The position numbers and the translations under genes are program-made. The notes beneath the pieces were generated by a model that saw only the letters and a list, made by a program, of their open reading frames with translations, ran no database searches and was not told the DNA's origin. Below are positions 39,588 to 49,074 of a stretch of DNA of 64,000 nucleotides, piece by piece. How positions within the stretch are numbered: the stretch's first letter is position 1; each line of letters opens with the position of its first letter. Origin of the DNA: a virus; IMG/VR virus record IMGVR_UViG_3300047160_002053, positions 40,163 to 104,162 of that record; one strand, given 5' to 3'.

Positions 39588-39955
39588 TTCCTTTTCTCCT
39601 TAATATAATTTTTGCATTTTTCTAATTCTGAGTCAATAAATTTCTTATTATTGAGCAATCTATTGCGCCCAGAAGGATGCGGAAGCTTAAAATGTTGAAT
39701 ATTGAGACGTTCTAGCTCTTTTGACGCCTCATTTCCTAAAGCTACATAGGTGTGACGACGAATACGTGTCTCATCATCTGCCGCCATAAGCCAAACAGGA
39801 ATCTGGTTCTTGTTCGCGAGCATTACGAACGTAATGTCAACGTCCATCTTCCAGATCCAGTCTAAAAGAGTTTTGTAGCTTTGAGTTCCTACGAAAGGAA
39901 TTACCTGGCTCACGTTCTTTGGGCTAGGTTTATCGCCAACAAAAATGGTGTACAT
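39548..39955 (-). CDS. minimal uracil-DNA glycosylase-like protein
   Basis: FVGDKPS...PF.G.S, VALG..A, LPHPS motifs of the UDG superfamily. Confidence 0.7.
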   Translation of the reverse strand: MYTIFVGDKPSPKNVSQVIPFVGTQSYKTLLDWIWKMDVDITFVMLANKNQIPVWLMAADDETRIRRHTYVALGNEASKELERLNIQHFKLPHPSGRNRLLNNKKFIDSELEKCKNYIKEKRKCARFVTHIDKVK

Positions 39956-39956
39956 C

Positions 39957-41189
39957 TCAATGCTCGTCCGTGTTCGTGTGATCGGCGAGATAGTCTTCTG
40001 ATACCCATTTCAAAGCTTGTTTGTTGCCTTCGATGCTGTAATTCTGCGCAGCTTTAATGGCGATACCTTCGCGGACTTTCTCCGATTTGTCATTGAACAT
40101 CGAAGCGCCCTTAGTCAAATGATAAGCCATGTCCTTGTTGAAAGGACCTTTGTAAAGAACTGGAACATATTCAAATCCACGCTCTTTAGCGAAAGCTTCT
40201 ACGTCATCGGGAGTAAGCCATTCTTGAGTTCCATCTGGAAGAATACGCTTTACGTCAAAAAGAATAAATTTGTGTTCGGTTAATCCGTATGAATAACCCT
40301 TTTGGATACCAGGACCTACGATCTCACCGAAAACGCTCTCGCCAAGCTTCAACTTATTGAAAACGTCGAGTTTCTTGAATACATTGCCCCAAACATCTTC
40401 GCTGTAAAATCCAGGACCTTTCACTGCAGATTTATCGACCAAGTTAGAGCCGTAACACTGCTCAACTTTAGGAGCAATGCGAAGCAAAAGCTTGATTCGT
40501 TTCATCAAAGTAGTTGGACGGAACGGAAGAAGTGCTGCGCGAGCGTTGGTACCGTGGAGTTTCTCTTGGATAACAACCTGCTGACCTTCTTTGAACATAT
40601 TAGGAAACCATTTAATATTTCCCAATCCGTTGTAGCGATGAAAAAGAGGATGCGGATTTTTCGCATTTCGGCTCTTAGGCATTCCAGTATTTACGCGAGC
40701 TTCTTTAACAGGCGGCTCGTATTTCGTAACGTTCAAAATCTTACGAAGATCTTGTTCATCAGAGAAATAGTCTGGATTAACAATTGATTTAACCGTCTGA
40801 GGGTCAACGATCATACCTTGAGAAGCCAATCCACGAATCTTGATCTGGCGCACACGATGATGATGCAGCTTGATTTTAGAATCAGGTGGAATCAAAAGAT
40901 CTTCTAAATCTGGATTCAAAACAGAATCAATAGGAATGTAGATGACTTTATCGCCGATCTTGTATTTACCTTTCTGGGTAATTACTTGGAAGCCATAAAT
41001 AGTGGCAACTTCAAGGCGTTCAGCGTTATTATGCGGCTGAATGTCCAAAATCTTTGTGTAAGGAACTTTATAGCCGGAGCCGCTTTCTTCTTCTGCGACT
41101 TCAACCACTTCTGGATTTCCAGAAGGAATCAAATTCTCTTGATAAGAGCTAGGAACCGATTTAAAAAGGTTTTTTACCATCTCAAGCAT
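39957..41189 (-). CDS. ATP-dependent RNA ligase (DRB0094/Rnl2-like, N-terminal OB domain)
   Basis: H.NAERLE, IRG..SQG, EKLHGTN (motif I), FGE..GPGIQ, FD, REG. Confidence 0.9.
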   Translation of the reverse strand: MLEMVKNLFKSVPSSYQENLIPSGNPEVVEVAEEESGSGYKVPYTKILDIQPHNNAERLEVATIYGFQVITQKGKYKIGDKVIYIPIDSVLNPDLEDLLIPPDSKIKLHHHRVRQIKIRGLASQGMIVDPQTVKSIVNPDYFSDEQDLRKILNVTKYEPPVKEARVNTGMPKSRNAKNPHPLFHRYNGLGNIKWFPNMFKEGQQVVIQEKLHGTNARAALLPFRPTTLMKRIKLLLRIAPKVEQCYGSNLVDKSAVKGPGFYSEDVWGNVFKKLDVFNKLKLGESVFGEIVGPGIQKGYSYGLTEHKFILFDVKRILPDGTQEWLTPDDVEAFAKERGFEYVPVLYKGPFNKDMAYHLTKGASMFNDKSEKVREGIAIKAAQNYSIEGNKQALKWVSEDYLADHTNTDEH

Positions 41190-42073
41190 TAGAAATCTCC
41201 TTCATCACATTGTAGGCAGGTGAATCCGCGACTGCGCCACATTTCCACTACCTGTTTCCTATCATCAATCATAAACTGGGGCTCATACCTTGTCAACAAT
41301 TCAAAATCCAAGATAATTTCTTTTACGATTGAATCTTGTCTCGAATCGTGACGATTTCGCATGTAAAGATCGTAGTCGTCTTTTTCATACCATCCAATTT
41401 TATCTGCAATCCAGTCCTTAGTGATCTTACGTTGATTATCATCTCTGCCAGAGCAGAACACGAGCTTGAACCTTGGGATCAATCCATCAATGACATCGAC
41501 GCACCACTGATTGACAGTATCGTCTTTAATGCCAGCGAAGAACGCAGGCCAGTTTTTCTTGCTACCGTCAGTAGGGCGAACAAAATGACGGCGGTGTTCT
41601 ACGTTACAAAGAGTCCCATCCAAATCAACGATGATCGCTTTTGGCTTTGGGCCGTCTGGATAAATGAAATTAAGACGACCTTCATCTATAGTAGGACGTT
41701 CATATTTAGTGAAAAAAGTCTGAAGCGCGCCTCGGGCCGACTTCTCATCGTTGATAGTCTCATGATTGCCGAAACGATTACGGACGCGCTCTAGGCAAAC
41801 TTCATAAGGCTGATGAAGAACAATGATTTCTACATTAACTTCGGGGTTCTTAAATTTTGCGTAATCAATGTACTTTGCTCGCTGTTGCTTATTGAAGTTC
41901 ATGCGATCAACGATAATATCTTTTCCAGACATGACTGCCTCAAAGAAAATATCCATATGAGCGCCTGATTGCGAATCCTGGTTCACATATATCGCGCCAG
42001 TTTCGGCGACAAGCTGACGAGCTTTAGTAGACTTACCAGATCCAGGAGGACCAACCAAAAGTGTGAGTTTCAT
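41189..42073 (-). CDS. pseT: polynucleotide 5'-kinase/3'-phosphatase
   Basis: GPPGSGKS P-loop plus DLDGTL, SGR, DDR HAD domain. Confidence 0.9.
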   Translation of the reverse strand: MKLTLLVGPPGSGKSTKARQLVAETGAIYVNQDSQSGAHMDIFFEAVMSGKDIIVDRMNFNKQQRAKYIDYAKFKNPEVNVEIIVLHQPYEVCLERVRNRFGNHETINDEKSARGALQTFFTKYERPTIDEGRLNFIYPDGPKPKAIIVDLDGTLCNVEHRRHFVRPTDGSKKNWPAFFAGIKDDTVNQWCVDVIDGLIPRFKLVFCSGRDDNQRKITKDWIADKIGWYEKDDYDLYMRNRHDSRQDSIVKEIILDFELLTRYEPQFMIDDRKQVVEMWRSRGFTCLQCDEGDF

Positions 42074-42312
42074 ACTTCTTCTTCCGTAGCCTTTCTAAAA
42101 TCTTCAGGGTGGAGCATTGTAGTTATCTTACCATCGTAATCGGTGACAATGCAATGGCCAACTGCTGGATGGTGTTCGGCCAAGAAATGAACGATGTCGC
42201 CGTATTTTAAAGGATGTCCAGGCCATACTTCGGCACCCTTTTTCTTGCTTTTGGACCATTTTGGTTCAAAAACTATGGCATCACCTGCTTTAAATTTAGC
42301 GCGTCGCTTCAT
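42070..42312 (-). CDS. hypothetical protein
   Basis: 80 aa, coupled both ends. Confidence 0.65.
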   Translation of the reverse strand: MKRRAKFKAGDAIVFEPKWSKSKKKGAEVWPGHPLKYGDIVHFLAEHHPAVGHCIVTDYDGKITTMLHPEDFRKATEEEV

Positions 42313-43193
42313 ACTTTCTCCACCAATTTTTGGATTTGACGTAAGATTCCTTTGTAATGGTCTTCCGTTTGGATCGCACCTTCAAGAGACCCGTAATACT
42401 CCTCCAAACACTCAAGGAGGATCTTTTTGACCGCTGGCTGATCTGGGCGATGGCGCAACTTAGAATTGGCGTAGACCTCATCTAAACGCTTTTCCTGCGC
42501 ATGGAAATGATCTTGAACCTGCTTCATTGTCCATCCACCACGGCGAATCTCTTTCAATTGCTCATGATTACGTTGAAGATCAATGTCATGTTCAGTTAAG
42601 ATCTGTTCTGCCTCATTCAAAAGACGAACTACATGGTACGCGAACTTAACGTCATATCCGTGCTCTTGAATGCTCGCATAGCGCTTTGACGAAGGATCTG
42701 GATTCTTAATTTCCATCTTATGCATTTGCGAATATGCGTAGCCACGGAAGGTGTGCCATGAGCCTTTGTGCAAGAAAATCTTACGATTGTCGCGAACATG
42801 ATTAGCAATTTTCGTAGCCTGCAATACGCAGTTTTGCGGAGTAAAAAGAGAATCAATCATGTTAGGGTTATTGCCCATAACAAGCTGAAAGTATTTAACA
42901 ATGTTATAGATATTAAGATCGTACTCCTTACGAGTATCTTTCTCAATTACGTGGTGCTGTTGGAATTGTTCAAATCTTTGAATCTGATCGCCAAAGCCGT
43001 GGATTTCTCCAGCAAGATGCGGAAACACCATATCTTTTGGTGGAATGCAAAATCCATAAAGATCCATGTCGCTAGTGTCAGAAGATACTGCGTATGCGAC
43101 AGATCCCATGATCGTCAAATATTGAGTGCCGCCGATAACAAATGAAGGTGGCTTGATCAAACCTTTACTGTGGAGTCTTTCAATTAAAGTCAT
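42309..43193 (-). CDS. Pol-beta superfamily nucleotidyltransferase (RlaP/YcgL type)
   Basis: GS.AY...SD.D, NPN.ID.LF, YD.KFAYH..RLL. Confidence 0.85.
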   Translation of the reverse strand: MTLIERLHSKGLIKPPSFVIGGTQYLTIMGSVAYAVSSDTSDMDLYGFCIPPKDMVFPHLAGEIHGFGDQIQRFEQFQQHHVIEKDTRKEYDLNIYNIVKYFQLVMGNNPNMIDSLFTPQNCVLQATKIANHVRDNRKIFLHKGSWHTFRGYAYSQMHKMEIKNPDPSSKRYASIQEHGYDVKFAYHVVRLLNEAEQILTEHDIDLQRNHEQLKEIRRGGWTMKQVQDHFHAQEKRLDEVYANSKLRHRPDQPAVKKILLECLEEYYGSLEGAIQTEDHYKGILRQIQKLVEKV

Positions 43194-43387
43194 TCTATCT
43201 CTCTTTCGTATTCCGCGAACCATACGAATCCGAAGCTCGCGATTGCCATTGTAATGGCTATACTTGCTTCTTCAAGACTATCACCAACTGAGCGGTGAAG
43301 CAAGCTTCCTGCTGCAGCTCCTAAGAATACACCTATGACGCGGGACAGCGATCCCCAGAAAGACCTTTTAAGTGCCTTCTTGTCCAC
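43190..43387 (-). CDS. two-TM membrane protein
   Basis: Two hydrophobic segments; start uncertain (GTG 43387 chosen to limit overlap). Confidence 0.5.
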   Translation of the reverse strand: MDKKALKRSFWGSLSRVIGVFLGAAAGSLLHRSVGDSLEEASIAITMAIASFGFVWFAEYEREIE

Positions 43388-43970
43388 CTTCGGACGCAGC
43401 TTTCTTTTGGCGTGCTTCTTCTTCAGCTTCTTTAAGGAGCTTTTTATATTTTGAAGAAAGCTTGTGAATCGCTTCTTTAAGGTGTTTAGTTTGGAAGCCG
43501 CCGCCTTCCCATTCCGTTTGGATGAACCTGTTTTTCCCGTGGACATCTATAATTCCCCAATCGTTATCGTCGATAACAATGTAATGATCAACTTCTGGAT
43601 GTGCATTAAGCCAAAGCTGAATCTCCAAGCCTCGATTCCCGCCCCAATCAGATGGAGTGCGATCAATGACCCGTTTTGAATCAATTTTATACGATGCCAG
43701 TTTTTCTCTCAACCAGTCAAGAGAAAAATGTTCCCGCCAAGTGGAAGAAATCACGATCTTGGCTTCTGGATACTGGAATAAAAGTTCTTGAAAATTTGCG
43801 GTACAAACATTGCAGAGCGTTTCCATCACTGGACCGCTAACGCCCTGTTCTTTGTAACGTTTACGACGATTGTGCTCATAAACAAAAGACCCTTCGGAGT
43901 TCAAAACTCCATCAAAGTCCAAGAAAATTACAGCATAAGACTTTTGAGGTGCTTCACTATTAGAATCCAT
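43368..43970 (-). CDS. HAD phosphatase, HAD_SAK_2 (RNA-repair associated) family
   Basis: IFLDFDGVLN, IVISSTWR, RG.EI..WL, YIVIDD. Confidence 0.85.
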   Translation of the reverse strand: MDSNSEAPQKSYAVIFLDFDGVLNSEGSFVYEHNRRKRYKEQGVSGPVMETLCNVCTANFQELLFQYPEAKIVISSTWREHFSLDWLREKLASYKIDSKRVIDRTPSDWGGNRGLEIQLWLNAHPEVDHYIVIDDNDWGIIDVHGKNRFIQTEWEGGGFQTKHLKEAIHKLSSKYKKLLKEAEEEARQKKAASEGGQEGT

Positions 43971-44377
43971 GAGTTCTCCGGATTGTGTACGTCGAAATGA
44001 ATAAACTGGCCACCATTGGCCTCAAATTTAGTTTTCCATTTCTCTGCGTTGTCGTCAATCAAAAAATCGCCTTTGAATAGGCCCTTGTCCTGTGTCAGAT
44101 TGATTTTATTGATCAAGTCTGGGAAATACTTACCTATCCATTCTACTTTTTCTTGATACGAATGAGCGCTTTCGGCGACAGGCTGACTTAAAATATGAAC
44201 ATCGTATCCCATTCGCATAATTTGTCGAACGGCGACCTGTGCGCCAGCGATGGGCTTAAGATTAAGAAAAAATCCAGGTTCGTACATAAGGGATACGTCG
44301 AACCCGCTTTTGAAAACTTCAGCGCCTAGAAAATCGGCGATGGTGTCGTCAAGATCTATGTATACGATTTTCTTCAT
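43928..44377 (-). CDS. 5'(3')-deoxyribonucleotidase (NT5C-like)
   Basis: YIDLDDTIADF, GFF..L.PI.GA, EK..W, GD.LIDD. Confidence 0.85.
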   Translation of the reverse strand: MKKIVYIDLDDTIADFLGAEVFKSGFDVSLMYEPGFFLNLKPIAGAQVAVRQIMRMGYDVHILSQPVAESAHSYQEKVEWIGKYFPDLINKINLTQDKGLFKGDFLIDDNAEKWKTKFEANGGQFIHFDVHNPENSWILIVKHLKSLML

Positions 44378-44825
44378 TCTTCCATCCGTTTTTGTTATTT
44401 AGACTCTTATTGAAATAATATAAAATCTCCATTTCTGCTGAAATTTCATTTGGTCTATGGCCAACATAGCTTGCTGTAAGTTCTCTCAATTTTAATAAAT
44501 TTAATGCTTGTTTCTTTTTAAGAATTAAAAAAGGTAGTACGTCTCTGATTATCTTTTCTGTTGCTACTCCAGTAGAAGAATATTTCAAATAATCAGCCGT
44601 GGCGGGGAAAGAACGAAGTTTATTGGTAGATTTACATGCTGCCCAGCTGCCGCCATACTGATGCACAAGCTGATTCATAAAATCAATAGAAATATCAGAT
44701 TTCTTCCATGAAAGCTGTATCATCGCTGTATAATTTTTAAGTGGGCGATTGACATGTCTTTTCGCAATCGAAAAAGATCCGTCTGAATCAAGAACGCCAG
44801 CTAAATAGGCATAGTTAATACTCAT
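44349..44825 (-). mobile_element. free-standing single-motif LAGLIDADG homing endonuclease
   Basis: YLAGVLDSDGSFSI; PFL..KK.QA; own SD and promoter. Confidence 0.85.
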
Positions 44826-44845
44826 AAACCCTCCTGCACTGTCTT

Positions 44846-44874
44846 ATATTACCAAAACAGTCGGCTTTACGCAA
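44846..44874 (-). promoter_or_regulatory. sigma70-type promoter
   Basis: TTGCGT-17-TAATAT in the nrdA-endonuclease gap. Confidence 0.7.
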
Positions 44875-44877
44875 GAA

Positions 44878-46572
44878 CTATCCTTCACAGGCGGCACATT
44901 CGTCTTTCGACCTGGAAGCCAAATCACCACGAATGACGCCTTCAGTCCTGAAGTAATACAAGGACTTCAATCCGCTTTCCCAGGCCTCGACATGAACGCC
45001 GTGGATATATTTAGGATCAGCATTTGCGCCGAAGAACAGGTTTACCGATTGACCTTGATCAATATATTTTTGACGCTGTGCGGCCTGTTTCACGATGGCA
45101 TATTGGTTGATTTCACGAGCGGTCAAGAAAACTTCTTTAGCTTTCGCGTCAAGAAATTTTAGATGCTGAACGCTTCCTGATTGTTCGTTGATTGACTTCC
45201 AGACCTCTGGCGTATTATGGCCAATAGAAGTGAGGTAGTCTTCGAGAACCGAATTCGTGCGAATGAAAGTGCCCTTAGCAGATTTCTGAGAGAAAATATT
45301 CGCTGCTACAGGTTCAATTCCAGCACTATGGCCCCCAGAAATAGTGGAATTTGAAACAGTGGGCGCAACAGCCATTAAATGGGTATGGCGACGACCATAT
45401 CCTTTACACCATTCAGGTTCGCCAAGCTCAATAGCCATCGCAGCTGACTCTGCTTCTGCTTTGGTACGCATGTTGCGAAAGATCTGAGAATTTAACATCA
45501 TTGCGTCGAAGCTATCAAAAGGAATCATATTTTTCTGTAGAAGCGTATGCCAACCAAGGACGCCGAGACCAATTGCGCGGCCTTTAATCGCGGAACGACG
45601 AGAAGCTTCAAGGCCAGGGACCGATTCCGACTTTTTGATGTATTCTTCAATAACCGCATCTAGAAAACGAACAGCTACCGCAATCGCGTCTGTATCTTTC
45701 CATTCTTCCCATTTGACTAAATTCATAGAAGAAAGACAGCAAACAAAGCTGTGATCAGGATCGGTGTAAAGAAAGATTTCGGTGCAAATATTGGACGTGC
45801 GGACACTTAGTCCATTTGCCGTATAGCATTCTGGATTTTGACGATTTACATTGTCAGAAAAGAAAAGATATGGCTCGCCAGTTTCATAGCGTGCTTTTAG
45901 AATTTCTTGCCACAAAGATCGCTTGTCCTTGTCTCCGTCGAGCATCTCGCGCATCCATTGATCATCAATGCAGATGCCGTGATTGAGATTGAGGCATCGT
46001 CTGTTAACGTCGCCTGTTGGTCTTCGCATTTGAATGAATTCTTCAATGTCTGCATGGCGAATATCCGTATAAACAGCCGCAGCTCCTCTGCGGACATTTG
46101 CTTGAGAGACGGAGATGATGGTGGAATCGTAAACCTTGGCCCAAGGAATGATCCCCTCAGATCTTCCATTTCCTCTGATGGATGCACCCCGACCACGCAC
46201 GTCGCCCAGGAATATTCCAACTCCTGCTCCGTTCTTTGAGAGCATCGCAAGCTCGTGGCTTTTATCGAAGATAGAATCCACGGAATCTCCGACGTGAATA
46301 CTGTTACAAGAAATAGGAAGGCCACGGTCAGAGCCAAGATTGGAGAGAACTGGCGATGCCGGACATAGCCAATTTTTCCACATGACTTCATAGAATTTTT
46401 CCTCCCATTTCGCACTATCAGGATAATACGAAGCAGCAGCCTTTGCAACACGACGATACATGGCACGGGGAGTCTCGTCACCAATAAGATATCCGCCGCG
46501 TAGCGTTTTGAGACCTTCTTCTCCCATCCATTCGGGAGCTTCGCCTTTACTTTTCAACTCGTTTAGCAACAT
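44878..46572 (-). CDS. nrdA: ribonucleotide reductase class Ia alpha subunit (no ATP cone)
   Basis: ISC, GAGVG, SNICTEI, AVAPTVS, DQGQS.N, KSLYY, C-terminal CAAC; start ATG 46572 with GGAG SD. Confidence 0.95.
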   Translation of the reverse strand: MLLNELKSKGEAPEWMGEEGLKTLRGGYLIGDETPRAMYRRVAKAAASYYPDSAKWEEKFYEVMWKNWLCPASPVLSNLGSDRGLPISCNSIHVGDSVDSIFDKSHELAMLSKNGAGVGIFLGDVRGRGASIRGNGRSEGIIPWAKVYDSTIISVSQANVRRGAAAVYTDIRHADIEEFIQMRRPTGDVNRRCLNLNHGICIDDQWMREMLDGDKDKRSLWQEILKARYETGEPYLFFSDNVNRQNPECYTANGLSVRTSNICTEIFLYTDPDHSFVCCLSSMNLVKWEEWKDTDAIAVAVRFLDAVIEEYIKKSESVPGLEASRRSAIKGRAIGLGVLGWHTLLQKNMIPFDSFDAMMLNSQIFRNMRTKAEAESAAMAIELGEPEWCKGYGRRHTHLMAVAPTVSNSTISGGHSAGIEPVAANIFSQKSAKGTFIRTNSVLEDYLTSIGHNTPEVWKSINEQSGSVQHLKFLDAKAKEVFLTAREINQYAIVKQAAQRQKYIDQGQSVNLFFGANADPKYIHGVHVEAWESGLKSLYYFRTEGVIRGDLASRSKDECAACEG

Positions 46573-46714
46573 AAATATCTCCGTGTTTGTCTTGACATTT
46601 TCCGCATTCGTAGCATCCAACCATTTTATTGCCGCCTGTAGTCCAGATGGTCATTGGTCGGTGGAGATTTATCAGGCAATGAATTTGCCATTTTATCCAG
46701 TATAAAGTCAACAT
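46547..46714 (-). CDS. Cys/His-rich microprotein (55 aa)
   Basis: Hand translation MLTLYWIKWQIHCLINLHRP...GCYECGKCQDKHG...; fills nrdB-nrdA gap. Confidence 0.5.
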   Translation of the reverse strand: MLTLYWIKWQIHCLINLHRPMTIWTTGGNKMVGCYECGKCQDKHGDIYVAKRVEK

Positions 46715-46715
46715 G

Positions 46716-47675
46716 TTAATCCCAAATTTTTGTGAAATCGACCGAGCCCTTCGAGTAATCTGTTACGCGCTGAGCAAAAAAATCCGCGTGAGATACGCCT
46801 GCCGACATAACATCGAACCAAGACATACGTGACAGGGATTCCTTGTCGATATTTTTCCAGTTACTTTTAAGACCTAGATCTTGCAACTTTGTATTCGCAC
46901 GATGACGAATAAATGCTTTTAGATCGGCGGGATCTAACCCTTCGATAGGACCAAGCTCAAAAGCCTTGTCAATGAAAGCATCTTCCAATGCAACAGTATG
47001 ACGAGCAGCTTCATAAATGTCCTTTTTAAGATCATCAGTCCAAATATCTGGAAATTCCTGAATTAGTGTACGAAATAGCCAGCATCCAGCTTCAGAATGC
47101 AACGATTCATCTTTGATGGAAAACGCAATGATCTGGCCTAAACCTTTCATTTTATTGAAACGACTGAAATTGAGCAAAACGGCAAATGAACTGAAGAGAT
47201 TCACGCCTTCATTGAAAGCCGAAAAGATAGCCAAGGAACGAGCGATCTCTTCCTTAGATTTTCCCTTCGTTTCAATGAGTCGATCAATCTTTGCTTTTGC
47301 TGTAGGCTCATGTAAAAAAGCCGAAAAGTCTTCCAAGCCTAGAGATTGATTCAAATACGCATACGAAACGGCATGAATAGACTCAAACGCCGAAAAGGTA
47401 GCTGCCATCATTTGAATTTCAGGCTTTTTGAACCACTTAGCCACCATTTGGGACCAGTATTCTTGGATGAACACTTCGGATTGTGTAAATCCTTTAAGGA
47501 TATGCCCGATAACGTTCTTCTCTGCCTCTGATAAATTCAATTTCCAGTCATTGATGTCTCCGGCCATTGCGATTTCGGTATGAAGCCAGTGACTTTGTTG
47601 CTGTAATTCCCAATATTTATATGCTTGATCGTATTCAAACGGAGCATACGTTGCCCTAGGCGTCAGAAGACTCAT
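46716..47675 (-). CDS. nrdB: ribonucleotide reductase class Ia beta subunit
   Basis: W...EI....D, ESIHAVSY, EGV..FSSF, DESLH, DFF..RV..Y. Confidence 0.95.
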   Translation of the reverse strand: MSLLTPRATYAPFEYDQAYKYWELQQQSHWLHTEIAMAGDINDWKLNLSEAEKNVIGHILKGFTQSEVFIQEYWSQMVAKWFKKPEIQMMAATFSAFESIHAVSYAYLNQSLGLEDFSAFLHEPTAKAKIDRLIETKGKSKEEIARSLAIFSAFNEGVNLFSSFAVLLNFSRFNKMKGLGQIIAFSIKDESLHSEAGCWLFRTLIQEFPDIWTDDLKKDIYEAARHTVALEDAFIDKAFELGPIEGLDPADLKAFIRHRANTKLQDLGLKSNWKNIDKESLSRMSWFDVMSAGVSHADFFAQRVTDYSKGSVDFTKIWD

Positions 47676-47699
47676 CCAATGCTCCCCTTTCTCTGATGT

Positions 47700-48002
47700 T
47701 TACTGATCAGCGTCTACGATTTCTTTAACTTTTACTTTGAATTCTGCTGCTTTTTGCTTGTTTACCTGTCCCATCATGTGCAATAACGTAATGTTCACGA
47801 CGATAGAGGAAACAATTAGGAGGGCAGTTGAATTGAAAAAGGTCATGTTGGCCAAAATAAGGATCAAATTCGAGAAAAACATCAGTCCACCGAAATTGAC
47901 GCCATTAAGAAACATTCCAGTCACAAATTTACGACCAGCCAGTCTCAAAGCCTTCTGCTGATCCTTACTCAAATCTTCAAATTTTTTAGATGTGACACTC
48001 AT
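47700..48002 (-). CDS. two-TM membrane protein
   Basis: 100 aa with hydrophobic segments. Confidence 0.65.
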   Translation of the reverse strand: MSVTSKKFEDLSKDQQKALRLAGRKFVTGMFLNGVNFGGLMFFSNLILILANMTFFNSTALLIVSSIVVNITLLHMMGQVNKQKAAEFKVKVKEIVDADQ

Positions 48003-48190
48003 CTTCCGCCTCGCGACTCACGGGCCATAATTTTCTCGACTACTTCAGGAAGCTTTCTAGGAGACAGTCCTTCCATTTTCATCAACTCGGCGAATCTTAC
48101 AATCGCCTGTTCTGGGTCTGATATTCCAGTTTTTTCTACGATCCATGCAATCTGGCCAAAAGTAAGGCGCATTCTGTGATTATTGCTCAT
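47999..48190 (-). CDS. hypothetical protein
   Basis: 63 aa, coupled both ends. Confidence 0.6.
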   Translation of the reverse strand: MSNNHRMRLTFGQIAWIVEKTGISDPEQAIVRFAELMKMEGLSPRKLPEVVEKIMARESRGGR

Positions 48191-48543
48191 TATGAATTGG
48201 AGTGCATAATCGCACTCACGCCTCTTACTTGAACTGACGTTGCATCTCCAGAATCGTTTTTAGATAGAACCGATGCGTCAATTCCATATTCAAAGCGATG
48301 CTCGATTGTAGTCAGAGATTCGACCAACGAAACGTCGGCGAGAAGGACTTCTCCTTCCTGTCTAAGATTCTTGTAGGCACCCACTACGCGCTCGGGACGT
48401 TTTTCATAGTTGAGATAAAGCAAACCATCTTTCTGCGGGATGTCAAATTTACAGTCGGAGGCAATCGACTGGCCGTATCCATTTGGATTTTTCTCAATCT
48501 TAAAGACCATTTGGGTCTTCTGTTCGCTCAATTTTGTCTGCAT
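48190..48543 (-). CDS. hypothetical protein
   Basis: 117 aa; GGAGG SD. Confidence 0.65.
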   Translation of the reverse strand: MQTKLSEQKTQMVFKIEKNPNGYGQSIASDCKFDIPQKDGLLYLNYEKRPERVVGAYKNLRQEGEVLLADVSLVESLTTIEHRFEYGIDASVLSKNDSGDATSVQVRGVSAIMHSNS

Positions 48544-48564
48544 GGGTCCTCCGGATATTTTATA

Positions 48565-48798
48565 TCATTTCTTTGACTGCGGGGCTTCGGATTTCGGTCC
48601 ATAAAACACGGGATGGCTTCCGTCGCCATAAGTTTCTAGGCCAAGCATGTGAGTCTCTGCCCATTGCAGAAAAAGACCGATAACTTCGTGCCGCTGTAGG
48701 CCGTGATCAAGCAGCATTTCGAAATAAAGAGGCTCAAGCTCTGCGGTGATCTTACCTAGAGGCCTGATCTTTTTCTTTTTTCGAGATTTCTTTGCCAT
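48565..48798 (-). CDS. hypothetical protein
   Basis: 77 aa, basic N-terminus. Confidence 0.6.
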   Translation of the reverse strand: MAKKSRKKKKIRPLGKITAELEPLYFEMLLDHGLQRHEVIGLFLQWAETHMLGLETYGDGSHPVFYGPKSEAPQSKK

Positions 48799-49074
48799 TT
48801 ACCACTCCAGCCTGAATGCCAGTGTACATCTTTCTTTGCCGATTTGCAAACTAAAATGGTTCGGTAGACGCACTGTGCCAGTTCCTCCTGCGGCTACATA
48901 AAGAAAAGGACCAACGGTAGCGATAACCTTTGGTCCTACAAACTCTTCAACTTTCTTTTCATTTGTTTCTACGATCCTTCTAAAATCAGGATGCGTATTG
49001 TAATAATGCGCCGATGTTTCGGTGCATCCTTTTGACGTAGTGCAAGCTAAAAGAACCAGCGCTTCAGGTAGCAT
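48799..49074 (-). CDS. hypothetical exported protein (paralogue of 39011..39355)
   Basis: Start ATG 49074 (MLPEALVLLAC); ends TLAFRLEW. Confidence 0.6.
   Translation of the reverse strand: MLPEALVLLACTTSKGCTETSAHYYNTHPDFRRIVETNEKKVEEFVGPKVIATVGPFLYVAAGGTGTVRLPNHFSLQIGKERCTLAFRLEW

Noticed and set aside
44349-47675. Group I intron or intein in nrdA/nrdB
   Set aside because: Both subunits are continuous and of normal length; the LAGLIDADG ORF lies after the nrdA stop
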